From Bacteroidota bacterium (lineage in GTDB: Bacteria > Bacteroidota > Bacteroidia > Bacteroidales > UBA4417), in contig JBAXXB010000001.1 of the NCBI GenBank assembly GCA_037128115.1, forward strand, positions 1 to 62,699: 62,699 nt of DNA. The letters are read 5' to 3'. Numbering within the stretch: position 1 is the first letter of the stretch; every line of letters starts with the position of its first letter. The notes below the pieces were generated by a model. The model was given only the letters and a program-made list of their open reading frames with translations. It had not been told where the DNA came from and made no database searches. Both the position numbers and the translations under genes were made by a program. Below are positions 35,787-46,092 of the stretch, one piece after another.

Positions 35787-37820
35787 ATGAAAAACATAAA
35801 ACAATTACCTTTCTTATTATTGACAGGGATACTAGCGATAGCAGGAATTTCTTGTCAGAAAATAGCAGATAATTCAACCGCAACTTCTACTAATATCAGT
35901 GAAATGAAAGTCAGCCCTGATTTTAAGTTCAGGACTGCAAAAGAAATTGGGATAAAAGTATATACCCTCGACAACACCGGGGCGCCTGTTCCCAATATGA
36001 GAATTGATGTCTACTCGGATATTCCCGAAAACAATGGCTCCGTCCTGCTGAGCGGAATTACAGATTCCCAGGGGCTTTTCAGTTCACCATACAAGTTTGC
36101 TGAAGGAACAGATTCGCTGGCTGTTGGTACTACTGCTATCGGTTTCTGTACCATGCAGAAAGTAAAAGTTGTGAATGGAGAATTGAACCTTACGCTTGGG
36201 GGCAAAGATAATACCCAGGGGTTTAAAAGCGGAAGCGGGTCATTTTTCAAATCGACAATCTCCAATTTTTATCCCATGGGCACATACAACGCTAACGGAG
36301 TTCCCAATTACCTGACCTTACCCAATGATGTCATTGATGCTTCCATGCTCCAGGATATTAATGCCACACTTCCCGACTATGTAAATGCAGTCAACAGGCG
36401 TCCCCAGTATTTTTCAACGTCCAATGAGCACAACCTTCTACTGAATGAAGCCTGCAACGTATGGGTGACCTTTGTTTCCGAAGGCGCAGGATACCGTAAT
36501 ATATTAGGCTATTACACTTACAATAAGAATAATCCGCCGTCATCTCCCAGTGCCATTGATTCTATTCATGTAATTTTCCCGAATGTCTCCTTCAATGGAA
36601 GTGGCGGAGGCTTATCATCAGGGAACAAGGTTCACCTCGGGACTTACCCTCCGGGAACAGAAATTGGCTGGGTTTTGGTTGCTGATGGTTTCCGTGGCAA
36701 CACAATTACCGGCGGTAATTGGACACTCTATTCGGATATTAACCTGAACCCGGAACCAGATGCTGCTAAAAAGCAACATACTGTGCTATTGAATGATATA
36801 GGGCGTGGTAAATTTCTGCTCAGTTTTGAAGACATTCGACGCGATGCGGGTTCGGATAACGATTTTAATGATGCCGTATTTTATGTAACCGCCGATCCCA
36901 TCCAGGCAATTGCAACACAAAATATGCCGCTGCCTGATTATTCGCAAAGCGACAGTGACCATGATGGAATATCTGATGCGTTTGATAGTTATCCTAATGA
37001 CCCTTCCAAGTCTTTTAATAATTATTATCCTTCGAAGGAAAATTTCGGAAGCCTGGCTTTCGAAGATTTGTGGCCATCGCAGGGCGATTATGATTTTAAC
37101 GACATGGTAGTCGACTATAACTTTAACCAGATTACCAACGGTCAGAACAAAGTGGTTCAAATTGTGCTCAGGGCCAAACTTTCGGCTATGGGAGGCTATT
37201 TCCAGAATGGGTTAGGCATTCAATTGCCCGTTGCACCAAATTTAATTGCCAGCGTCACCGGGACCAATATCAAAGAATCGTATATAGTTCAGAACAGCAA
37301 TGGCACCGAAGCCGGGCAGTCAAAAGCCACAATCATTGTTTTTGATAATGGGTTCAACCTGCTACCCTTCCCGGGCGGGACAGCAGTTGGCGTAAATACA
37401 ACTCCCGGGGCAGTTTATGTCGCACCAAAAGAGCTTACCGTTACCATTAACCTGTCAACACCAGTCGCTATAAGTACAATGGGACTTCCGCCCTATAATC
37501 CATTTATGATAAAGGACGGGAAGAGAGGCTATGAGGTGCATCTTATTGATAATCCACCGACGGATCTGGCTGATGCATCCATACTTGGAAGTTCAGATGA
37601 TGATAGCAATCCAGCCGCAGGGCGCTATTATGTAACAAAAAACAACCTGCCTTTTGCCCTGGATGTTTCAAGCCATTTCGATTACCCGGTCGAAAAAACA
37701 AAGATCACTGAGGCATATCTTAAATTTGTACCCTGGGGTGAATCAAGCGGTGTTCAATATTTTGACTGGTTTAAAACCGGAACGGGGTATAGATCGGCTC
37801 AGAACATATTTACCAAATAA
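35787..37820 (+). CDS. LruC-domain lipoprotein (DUF4114 plus LruC/DUF4842-type regions)
   Basis: Lipobox LAIAGISC. DNDFNDAVFYV (DUF4114-like). DSDHDGISDAFDSYPNDP...LAFEDLWPSQGDYDFNDMVVDYNF (LruC-domain signature). Confidence 0.8.
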   Translation: MKNIKQLPFLLLTGILAIAGISCQKIADNSTATSTNISEMKVSPDFKFRTAKEIGIKVYTLDNTGAPVPNMRIDVYSDIPENNGSVLLSGITDSQGLFSSPYKFAEGTDSLAVGTTAIGFCTMQKVKVVNGELNLTLGGKDNTQGFKSGSGSFFKSTISNFYPMGTYNANGVPNYLTLPNDVIDASMLQDINATLPDYVNAVNRRPQYFSTSNEHNLLLNEACNVWVTFVSEGAGYRNILGYYTYNKNNPPSSPSAIDSIHVIFPNVSFNGSGGGLSSGNKVHLGTYPPGTEIGWVLVADGFRGNTITGGNWTLYSDINLNPEPDAAKKQHTVLLNDIGRGKFLLSFEDIRRDAGSDNDFNDAVFYVTADPIQAIATQNMPLPDYSQSDSDHDGISDAFDSYPNDPSKSFNNYYPSKENFGSLAFEDLWPSQGDYDFNDMVVDYNFNQITNGQNKVVQIVLRAKLSAMGGYFQNGLGIQLPVAPNLIASVTGTNIKESYIVQNSNGTEAGQSKATIIVFDNGFNLLPFPGGTAVGVNTTPGAVYVAPKELTVTINLSTPVAISTMGLPPYNPFMIKDGKRGYEVHLIDNPPTDLADASILGSSDDDSNPAAGRYYVTKNNLPFALDVSSHFDYPVEKTKITEAYLKFVPWGESSGVQYFDWFKTGTGYRSAQNIFTK

Positions 37821-37840
37821 CAAGATGGTCTGCAAAAGTA

Positions 37841-37882
37841 GCAGATGCTGGTATGCTGATTAAGTTGCACACCAGCATCTGC
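37841..37882. terminator. 12-bp perfect-stem hairpin 20 nt after the LruC gene stop
   Basis: GCAGATGCTGGT-(18 nt)-ACCAGCATCTGC. No clean U tract on the plus side; TACTTTTG follows on the minus side. Confidence 0.45.
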
Positions 37883-38086
37883 ACAGCAGAATTTCAGAAC
37901 TAATAAGGTCAATTTGTCCCCACTTAGGTCCCCAAAAAAAGAAAGAGAAAACCAGGAGTTAATAAATATCATGGTTTCACTGGCACAACAAAATACAGGA
38001 CACTTCATTGTTTCCGGAACTGCTGAAGCAAAACCAGGCATACCTATCGTACAATTTGAAGCACTTAAAATCCCAGCCTTGCCTCT

Positions 38087-38373
38087 ATTAATTTTTATAA
38101 ATCTTCCTGTTTCAGTAAAAGTGGAGGCAAGCAGTGTATAAAGAAAAATACCCGGTTCACATCCTTTCACATCAATCTTGAAAACGTGGTTCCCTGTATC
38201 CCTTAAATTCTGTATTAAATGTTTGAACTTAACTCCTTTCAGATTATAGATGCCCTGAATAACGCCAGAAACCGAAGCAAACTGGTACCTTATGGTCAGT
38301 AACGATTTTACAGGGTTTGGGAAAGAGGAAGCGCCAAGCAGGTTACCTGGCTTATACTCCTCCTGATTCGCCA
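38087..38373 (-). pseudogene. orphan T9SS C-terminal sorting domain (remnant of a truncated secreted-protein gene)
   Basis: Only a Por_Secre_tail-like segment remains (FPNPVKSLLTIRYQF...GIFLYTLLASTFTETGRFIKIN). It closely parallels the C-terminal domain of 46093..47772 (YPNPVRSTLSIIF...GIYLYILSSGGKKDSGKFIKIN). No upstream catalytic part. It abuts the IS end, and the ORF-track frame reads through into non-protein-like sequence. Confidence 0.6.
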
Positions 38374-39995
38374 TTGGGTAACCCAACTCTAAAACCTGAA
38401 AATCCGCACCAGAGTTTCCTGCTCAGAAGTAAGAGTCAACACTTTGTTTATGTACTCTTTAGTTTAGGGGATCGTAATTTGCACGCTAAAGATGGTTTGG
38501 CAATGTTTATCGCTTCTTCCGGGCTGAATATCGACCCGATTTCTTTTAGCTGGCGTTCAAGTTCCTAATAAACCTTGTATGCTGTAAAAGTGATACAGAT
38601 GTGAGCTTCGATTCGGCGTTGTAACCGATGGTAAACAGGCCGGATTTTGAGTTCGCTTGTGGATATCCGAAAAACACGCTCAATTTTCCAAAGGTGCTGA
38701 TAATTTTCGCTTACTTGTTCTTCGGCAAGTTTGATGTTTGTTACATATCCTTTCAGTCCATCCCATTTAGCCTTTTCTGTATTTTTTTTGTAATCGATAT
38801 TCACAGAAGCAGTGCCAGATATGCTTAGGAACTTGTTATAGCCGCGGTTGTTAATACTGGCCTTTGTCAACTTTCCGGTTTTGACATGCTTCCCCAAACG
38901 TCTGATTCCTTTTTCGCGGTTTATCCTATCCCTCACAGCCCTTTTGTCGGTATAATTAACAACAATCTTCAACCCATCTTCTTTAGTGATCACGGTGCAG
39001 CCTCCATTGGATAACTTCAGATCAAGGATTTTTTCCTTTATATCTGAATGCTCATGCAGTATCCTTCCTCCAATAATGAACTCATATTTAGCTTTTGTAA
39101 GCTCCTCAATGTTCTTTCCTGATAAAAGACCTGCATCTGCTATTACAACAAGCTTATGAATCTTGTATCGCTTTTAAATCCATTTAATACGGGCAACATG
39201 GTGTGCCCTTCGTACTTGTCGCCTTCAAATATTTCATAGACCAGGGGATAACCATCCACACCAACAAGCAAACCAAGTACAATTTGAGGGTTTTCGGGTT
39301 TCCCGTCTTTTGAAAATCCAGCTTTTCTCAATTCATCATCTTCTTCAGTCTCAAAGTACAGTGTTGTAACATCATAGAAAACAACACTAATCCGACCACC
39401 CAGTATTTTAAGCGTGTGCGTGTAGCTAATATCCTGAACCAGATCTTTTTGAGTATTGTGAAGCTTATCCAAGTATCTGTAGACCTCATGTACATCCAGA
39501 TAAAGGTGATGATAGCGGGCAAGATACGCCGTGGTTTTAAGTTTACTTAAGGGGTAGCATAGTTTGGCTAGCATCAATTTGCGGAATAAATCATCCGGGA
39601 TTTGATTGAAGCCGATTTCGTCAAAGACCTTTCCTAACAGAAGTTCTACACCTGATGCAGTAAGTTGATCAATCATGTCAAGAACCTGGGACATCTGGTC
39701 CTTCTTCCCATTAAAATCAAATGATATTGCCCCAGAATGCTCTTCAATCCATTGATAACCTTCCGCAACCGGTCGTGCGATCTCATCAGGATCACTGCTG
39801 CATCCTATGGTCTTAGTAATCGGTTTGTTCGATTAACTTTTTGAAAAATCCGAACACTTACTTTACCGCTCTTATTTTTCTTCTTACCGATAAACATACC
39901 CAAACCTACAAAAAATATTTTTTGCACCTTAAGAGCCGATGAATTCAACAGAGGAAAATGAGCAATTTTAGCAAAATCCACTCTGGGTAACCCAA
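38374..39995 (-). mobile_element. decayed IS1634-family insertion sequence
   Basis: Transposase reading frames are bounded by an identical 12-mer TGGGTAACCCAA at 38374-38385 and 39984-39995 (near-palindromic; either a terminal repeat or a target duplication). Confidence 0.6.
38388..39897 (-). pseudogene. IS1634-family DDE transposase, inactivated by frameshifts and an in-frame stop
   Basis: Pieces lie in different frames. MFIGKKKNKSGKVSVRIFQK (ATG 39897) shifts to KTIGCSSDPDEIARPVAEGYQWIEEHSGAISFDF...YDVTTLYFETEEDDELRKAGFSKDGKPENPQIVLGLLV. A frameshift near 39175 leads to HKLVVIADAGLLSGKN...FTAYKVY. A TAG stop follows, then ELERQLKEIG and a further frame change to ...TSEQETLVRIFRF stop (38388). 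Confidence 0.7.
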
Positions 39996-40281
39996 AATCG
40001 CATTTTTTTATAGGCTATATGTCAGATATACAAATAGATGAAAGTTTGACCTGAGAGATGTGTTCAAGTCAGGAGTAGAGAAAATCTGGGGCTATCAGCT
40101 TGAATTGCTGTCTATTATATCCTAAATCTTCGACGTAAACGCAGAAGAATTATTGGATAAAATTGCCACTGATAATCACGCAATTATAAAAATGAAAGCC
40201 GCATAGGATGTGGATTTAATCCGATGCGAAACTTAAATTAAGTAAATCAAACAAATAGAAACTCAGGTTTAGGTAGTTGAA

Positions 40282-41334
40282 CTACCTGTCCTTGTACATT
40301 TTTTCGTAATATTTCAGATAATTGCCTGAAGTAACCTCATCGAGCCATTGGGTATTTTCGAGGTACCAGGCTACCGTTTTTTCAAAACCATCATCGAACT
40401 GCACCTCGGGCTGCCAGCCAAGTGTTTCGAAAACCTTGGTGGCATCGATAGCATACCTGAGATCGTGTCCTGCACGGTCTTTCACATAGGTTATCAGCTT
40501 TTCGCTTTCACCTTCGGGGCGGGCAAGCATGCGATCCATAATGCGGCAGAGGGTTTTAACAATATCAATATTCTGGCGCTCGTTGTTTCCGCCTATGTTG
40601 TATGTTTCTCCATCGGCCCCTTCCCTGTAAATAAGATCAATCGCTTTTGCGTGATCCTCCACATAAAGCCAGTCGCGCACATTGGTTCCCTGTCCGTAAA
40701 CCGGTAGAGGGTTCTTATGCCTTATATTGTTTATAATGAGCGGTATAAGCTTTTCGGGAAACTGGTTAGGCCCGTAATTATTTGAACAGTTTGAAATTAC
40801 TACCGGCAAACCATACGTATGGTGATATGCCCTTACCAGGTGATCGCTACTGGCTTTGGAGGCGGAATATGGGCTACGGGGATCATAAGGAGTGGTTTCG
40901 AGGAATTTACCTTCATCACCGAGGGAACCATATACCTCGTCGGTTGAAACATGGTAGAAACGCTTTCCAGCGAAATCATCTTTCCAATAAAGCCGTGCTG
41001 CATTCAACAGGTTGACGGTGCCTACTATATTGGTCATAATAAACTCTTTCGGGCTGACAATGGAGCGATCCACATGCGACTCAGCCGCAAGATGTATGAC
41101 ACCGTCGAAGCGGTAAGCATCGAAAGTAGCCATCACGAAATCCTCATCAACAATATCGCCCTTAACAAACTCATAATTAGGCATATTTTCGATATCAGTG
41201 AGATTTATCAGGTTACCCGCATAGGTAAGCTTGTCGAAATTGACAATAAGTGTATCCGGATATTTATTCACCAATAACCGTACAAGGTGAGATCCTATAA
41301 ATCCCGCCCCGCCGGTAACCAGAATTTTTTTCAT
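40282..41334 (-). CDS. rfbB: dTDP-glucose 4,6-dehydratase
   Basis: 350 aa. MKKILVTGGAGFIGSH, YSASKASSDH catalytic motif, typical RmlB length and C-terminus. Confidence 0.9.
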   Translation of the reverse strand: MKKILVTGGAGFIGSHLVRLLVNKYPDTLIVNFDKLTYAGNLINLTDIENMPNYEFVKGDIVDEDFVMATFDAYRFDGVIHLAAESHVDRSIVSPKEFIMTNIVGTVNLLNAARLYWKDDFAGKRFYHVSTDEVYGSLGDEGKFLETTPYDPRSPYSASKASSDHLVRAYHHTYGLPVVISNCSNNYGPNQFPEKLIPLIINNIRHKNPLPVYGQGTNVRDWLYVEDHAKAIDLIYREGADGETYNIGGNNERQNIDIVKTLCRIMDRMLARPEGESEKLITYVKDRAGHDLRYAIDATKVFETLGWQPEVQFDDGFEKTVAWYLENTQWLDEVTSGNYLKYYEKMYKDR

Positions 41335-41382
41335 TTTGTATACTGTTTTAATTAATGATAAGGTTTCATTTTCTTACATCCA

Positions 41383-42402
41383 CTATGCCAGCGACTTTTC
41401 CCATTTCCAGGCCGATGACATCATTTCGTCCAGGTTTTTTTCGGCGCTCCATCCAAGCTCCTCGTTGGCAAAGCGGGTGTCGGCCCACACCATTTCAATA
41501 TCTCCAGGGCGGCGGGGGACAATCTTGTAGTTTAGCTTTTCACCGCTTACCCGTTCGAATGACTGAATAACTTCCAAAACCGAAAGTCCGTTTCCTGTAC
41601 CCAAATTAAAGATTTCAAGCTTCGGTTTGCCTTTTTCGCTGATCATGCGCTCAATGGCTACCACATGCGCCTTTGCTATATCAACAACATGAATGTAATC
41701 GCGCACAGCCGTTCCGTCAGGCGTATTGTAATCATCACCAAAAACGCTGAGACATTCGAGTTTGCCGATTGCGGTCTGGGTTATGAAAGGCACCAGGTTG
41801 TTAGGAACACCTAGCGGTAACTCTCCGATTAATGCCGTATGGTGAGCCCCGATAGGATTAAAATACCGGAGAGCGATAGCCTGCACCGGATGTGCCAAGG
41901 TAGTGAACCTTAGAATATCCTCGCACATCTGCTTGGTATTGCCGTAAGGCGACCAGGCCGGCTTGATCGGTGCCTTCTCTGTAACCGGCAATTCATCAGG
42001 CTGGCCGTATACGGTGCAGGAGGAGGAGAACACCATGTTTGTTATTCCATTGGCTTTCATACCTTCGAGCAGGTTAACAAGTGATAAAACATTGTTCCTG
42101 TAGTACTCCAACGGTTTTTCCATAGACTCACCTACAGCCTTAAATGCCGCAAAATGTATAATCCCATCCAGGCTGGCATGGAGACGTAAAAACTCGGCTG
42201 TCAGGTTCCCGTCAGCGAGATCGAATTGCTCGAAACCAGGCATTATGCCACTTATTTTGGCTATTTTGCCGAGCACTTCGATGGAAGAATTAGAAAGGTT
42301 ATCAACTATTATTACCTCGTACCCACTTTGTTGCAATTCAACAACAGTATGTGACCCTATAAACCCTGTTCCACCTGTTACTAATATTTTTTTCATTCCC
42401 AT
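41383..42402 (-). CDS. galE: UDP-glucose 4-epimerase (copy 1)
   Basis: 339 aa. KKILVTGGTGFIGSH, SSSCTVYG, YGNTKQMCE (YxxxK). Alternative start ATG 42396. Confidence 0.9.
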   Translation of the reverse strand: MGMKKILVTGGTGFIGSHTVVELQQSGYEVIIVDNLSNSSIEVLGKIAKISGIMPGFEQFDLADGNLTAEFLRLHASLDGIIHFAAFKAVGESMEKPLEYYRNNVLSLVNLLEGMKANGITNMVFSSSCTVYGQPDELPVTEKAPIKPAWSPYGNTKQMCEDILRFTTLAHPVQAIALRYFNPIGAHHTALIGELPLGVPNNLVPFITQTAIGKLECLSVFGDDYNTPDGTAVRDYIHVVDIAKAHVVAIERMISEKGKPKLEIFNLGTGNGLSVLEVIQSFERVSGEKLNYKIVPRRPGDIEMVWADTRFANEELGWSAEKNLDEMMSSAWKWEKSLA

Positions 42403-42531
42403 AATAAATTTCAGTTTGTGGCTGACGATATATTCCGTTTACTTTGAACGAATTTGCCGTAACATTGGCGTATTGGTTTCCATAGTTTAATGCAAAACAC
42501 CCGGGCTATTTCGTTGAATGTTAAAAGGTTG

Positions 42532-45500
42532 CTAGTCCTGGGCTTCCCGTTTTTCGCCCCAATATTCAAATGCATTCCTGATATCCTCAACTTTAAGCGG
42601 TTTCGCGATATACCCATCCATCCCGATTTCAATGCACTTTAAGCGGTCGCTTTCCATAACGTTGGCCGTCATTGCAATGATAATAGGCTTTTGGCTTTTC
42701 AAATGCTCTATGATGATACGGGTTGCTTCATATCCATCCATCTCCGGCATCTGTATATCCATAAAGATCAACTCGTAGCTTTTGCGTTGTATGGCTTCGA
42801 TAACTTCCAGGCCATTGGCAACAATATCGGCAGTGTAGCCGAATAATTGCAGTACATTGCGAATCATTTTCTGGTTAATCATATTGTCTTCGGCAACCAG
42901 GATTTCGAAAGGATATTTTTTCGACACTTCTTTGAGGTCAGAGTTGTCGTTTAAAAACGTTGAAGGTTTGGCTGCAGAATGAGAAAGTGCTTTGAGCAAT
43001 ATCTCTGCCAATTGTGAATGCTTGATGGGTTTATTTACATAAAATGCAAAGAGATTTTGCATCTCCTCCGTTTGAAAATTGTATCCGATTGAGGTAAGCA
43101 TGACTAATGGCAATACATTTTTATTCAGCGTCTTCCTGATTTCCTTTGCCAGCATTATACCATCCATTCCAGGCATCTGCATGTCCAGAACCCCTATATC
43201 GAATATCCGACCTCCCGAAATTAGTTCAAGAGCGTCAAAACCCGAGTCGACAACCGTGACATCCATCCCCCAGAATTCACATTGCAGTTTCAGTATTCTA
43301 CGATTTGTCGGATTATCATCAACAATGAGAATCTGCTTACCGGCAAGATTATTTTTTAGCTTGTGAACAGGGTTTTCTTCACCGGCAGCTGCAATAAATT
43401 GTGTTTCTATTGTAAAACGAAAATCCGAACCTTCCCCTTCCTTGCTGATGACCCATATATTCCCTTTCATTAATTTAACAAGCTTCGCGGAAATTGTAAG
43501 CCCCAGACCTGTACCACCATATTTACGTGTGGTGGTTGCATCGGCCTGGGTGAAGGGTGTGAAAATTCCCGATAATTTGTCCTTTGGAATTCCTATGCCT
43601 GTGTCCTTAACTGAAAATTCGAGGGTCACTTCAGAATCACGTTGATGTTTGACCACAACATAAATGAACACTTCGCCCTGTTCGGTAAACTTGATGGCGT
43701 TGCCTACCAGGTTAACCAATATCTGGCGGAGGCGGAACCCGTCACCAAAAATAAACTGATTCACCTCAGGTTCAATATAATACATAATCTCAAGACGCCT
43801 TTCAAGTGCTTTGGGGGCAACCAGGTCGAGTACATCTTCAACACATCTTCTCAGGTCGAATGAGCTGTTCTCCAGTTGCATACGCCCGGATTCTATTTTC
43901 GAAAAGTCGAGGATCTCATTAATGATATTCATGAGGTTATCTCCTGATGTCTCAATAATTTCGACGTATTCACGCTGGGTGGGAGTGAGATCGGTATGCA
44001 ATAGTATGCTGGTCATACCAAAAACACCGTTCATTGGAGTGCGTATTTCATGACTCATGGAGGCCAGGAATTCGGATTTCGCCCTGTCAGCGGCCTGGGC
44101 CTGGTACATGGCAGTACGAAGGCTTTCCTGTGTCTCGTAACGCCTGGATGCATTCCTGATGTTATCAGCAAGCATTTTTAAGGTGGTTTCCTCTCCGGTT
44201 GTCCACAGGTGCCCAGTTTTGCAATCAGCAAATCCTGCAATTCCCCAGAAAGCATCATCTTCTTTATCGAGTATGGGTGCCAGCATCATCGATTTCACTT
44301 TTTGTCCTTCAAAAAGCAGCCTCATGTTTTCGGGCAAATCTGTTGTAAAAATCTTTACCAGGTTTCGCTCAAATAACGGGAAATACCAGGCGCTATCGTC
44401 GTGATAGTATTTTATCTCTTCTATGAACGGGTCATTCAAAGTTCCGGCTATATCCTGTGCAATGTATTCGTATGCCCGCTTCACTTTCCGTATGCCGCTG
44501 ATGGGATCGGCTGCATTTTTATAGATGAAAATCCTGTCAATCAGGCTTATTTCACCTATTTTTTCCAGGGCACTCCTGATTGCTACATCGGGATTTTCGC
44601 CTATCAACAATTGATTCGAGGCTTCGGCCAGTCCCTGAAGTATATTGCTCTGCTTCAGTAGTTTTTCTTCTGTCAGGCGTCGCTCCGAATTTTCGACCTG
44701 CAATTCCGTTTTCTGCTGATTGAATACCTCAATCAAGCGCGCAATCTGACTAAATTCATCTTTGTTTTTATTGAGAGAACCCAGTTGCTGAGTGTCCCCG
44801 CTTCGAAGACTCTCAGAGATAATAGAGAGTGGTTTCCGGACCCAACGGTACAGGATTACGAAGAAGCACAATACGAGGACGGAGAGGAAAAAGCACAGGA
44901 TAACAAAAACGAAAGTGTCAATTTTACTATAATTCGAGAGTGCCTTATTGGATTTTTTGAACTGCAAAATGACCGACGTCCCGGAGTACTCGTTAGGAAG
45001 TGTTTTATAAACTATTAATGAATCATCTTCAATTTTGTGCTTTTCGGAAGTAACCATATCACTGATGCTTATCCGGCTGGTCGTATTTTCGGAGAGTTCC
45101 TTCATAAAAGCACCGTCCCAGCGTTTGCTGAGGACAAAAATACCTTTGGCTGGAGTTATATGATTGATGTCGTGAGTAGTATGAATGGTTGAAGCGGATA
45201 TCTCAATTATGCCTTTAGGTGAGTTGTAAAAATAATGAGTCGCACCTTTAAGCATAATTGCATCCAGCACACTCAACTTCTGAACTGAATCGCTGAAAAT
45301 ATCAGCAGGTTCATTTCCAAAATTATATATCAGCCGTTTATCCAAATCATATACACTTAATGAATACAGATCAAAAGAACCAAGGCTGGTACCAATATTA
45401 TCCGTTGCCCATCTCTGATCTGGATGACTGATATAGTGGATAAGGTCGTCCCAGACTGTAAAATCCTGTAATACATCACTTAATTGATTAGTTTTTACAT

Positions 45501-45657
45501 TAATAGCTGTATTTACCAGTTCAATTTGCTGTGCCACAGAGGCGTGTAATATCAAATTGGTTTGCCTTTGCTGCGATTTGAAAAAAGCCAAAAGAACTCC
45601 AAAAAGGAGAATAATGATGGCTACACTCATAAGCAGAATTCTATTGCGGATGGTCAT
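42532..45657 (-). CDS. hybrid sensor histidine kinase with CHASE4-like and GAF-like sensor regions and two receiver domains
   Basis: 1041 aa. N-terminal TM helix, [11 protein letters not shown] (CHASE4-like), a second TM helix, coiled coil, GAF-like region, H-box [12 protein letters not shown], HATPase GTGLGLTIS, and two REC domains ([14 protein letters not shown]; [14 protein letters not shown]). Confidence 0.85.
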   Translation of the reverse strand: MTIRNRILLMSVAIIILLFGVLLAFFKSQQRQTNLILHASVAQQIELVNTAINVKTNQLSDVLQDFTVWDDLIHYISHPDQRWATDNIGTSLGSFDLYSLSVYDLDKRLIYNFGNEPADIFSDSVQKLSVLDAIMLKGATHYFYNSPKGIIEISASTIHTTHDINHITPAKGIFVLSKRWDGAFMKELSENTTSRISISDMVTSEKHKIEDDSLIVYKTLPNEYSGTSVILQFKKSNKALSNYSKIDTFVFVILCFFLSVLVLCFFVILYRWVRKPLSIISESLRSGDTQQLGSLNKNKDEFSQIARLIEVFNQQKTELQVENSERRLTEEKLLKQSNILQGLAEASNQLLIGENPDVAIRSALEKIGEISLIDRIFIYKNAADPISGIRKVKRAYEYIAQDIAGTLNDPFIEEIKYYHDDSAWYFPLFERNLVKIFTTDLPENMRLLFEGQKVKSMMLAPILDKEDDAFWGIAGFADCKTGHLWTTGEETTLKMLADNIRNASRRYETQESLRTAMYQAQAADRAKSEFLASMSHEIRTPMNGVFGMTSILLHTDLTPTQREYVEIIETSGDNLMNIINEILDFSKIESGRMQLENSSFDLRRCVEDVLDLVAPKALERRLEIMYYIEPEVNQFIFGDGFRLRQILVNLVGNAIKFTEQGEVFIYVVVKHQRDSEVTLEFSVKDTGIGIPKDKLSGIFTPFTQADATTTRKYGGTGLGLTISAKLVKLMKGNIWVISKEGEGSDFRFTIETQFIAAAGEENPVHKLKNNLAGKQILIVDDNPTNRRILKLQCEFWGMDVTVVDSGFDALELISGGRIFDIGVLDMQMPGMDGIMLAKEIRKTLNKNVLPLVMLTSIGYNFQTEEMQNLFAFYVNKPIKHSQLAEILLKALSHSAAKPSTFLNDNSDLKEVSKKYPFEILVAEDNMINQKMIRNVLQLFGYTADIVANGLEVIEAIQRKSYELIFMDIQMPEMDGYEATRIIIEHLKSQKPIIIAMTANVMESDRLKCIEIGMDGYIAKPLKVEDIRNAFEYWGEKREAQD

Positions 45658-45971
45658 TTAAACTGCCTTTTAAATCAGATTAATAGTTAACATTTTGTTT
45701 CACCACCTGGATTTCGCTAATCAAATTGATATCGCAGAACTTTAAGCACGAATCTACAAATAACTTTCAATATTACTTGAAAAAACGCACCGGCAATGCC
45801 AATTATTTTAAAATATCCGACCTTCCGTTCATACATTTACTCACTTCATTTCACTAGTGTCCACTTAAAAGATAAAAACGCTCTTTGAAATCATTGTATA
45901 TCTATACTTTACGAGCATTTTGACTGCGTGAAAATTTGAAAAGCGTAAGTTCGGTAATTAATTACCTCACA

Positions 45972-46054
45972 ATGAACAACGGCTAGTACGTATTCGCACA
46001 GCTTATAGAGTTTTTACCTCAACGAGTATTTGATGGTTTTGTAACAAAGTATCC
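45972..46054 (+). pseudogene. relic of the N-terminus of an IS4-family (DUF4372-type) transposase
   Basis: ATG AAC AAC GGC TAG TAC GTA TTC GCA CAG... translates to MNNG*YVFAQLIEFLPQRVFDGFVTKYP. This resembles the DUF4372 N-terminal consensus (..GKYVFAQL..FLP...F...V.KY.G) with an in-frame TAG, and similarity is lost after ~27 codons. Confidence 0.45.
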
Positions 46055-46092
46055 TGATATTTATAACCTACTGATACCGTACAATAATGGGA

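Noticed and set aside
37799-38386. 195-aa minus-strand ORF taken as an intact gene.
   Set aside because: It begins with a TTG inside the IS terminal repeat. It consists of a T9SS C-terminal domain placed at the N-terminus, followed by read-through junk that overlaps the LruC gene end and its hairpin. It is treated as a gene remnant.
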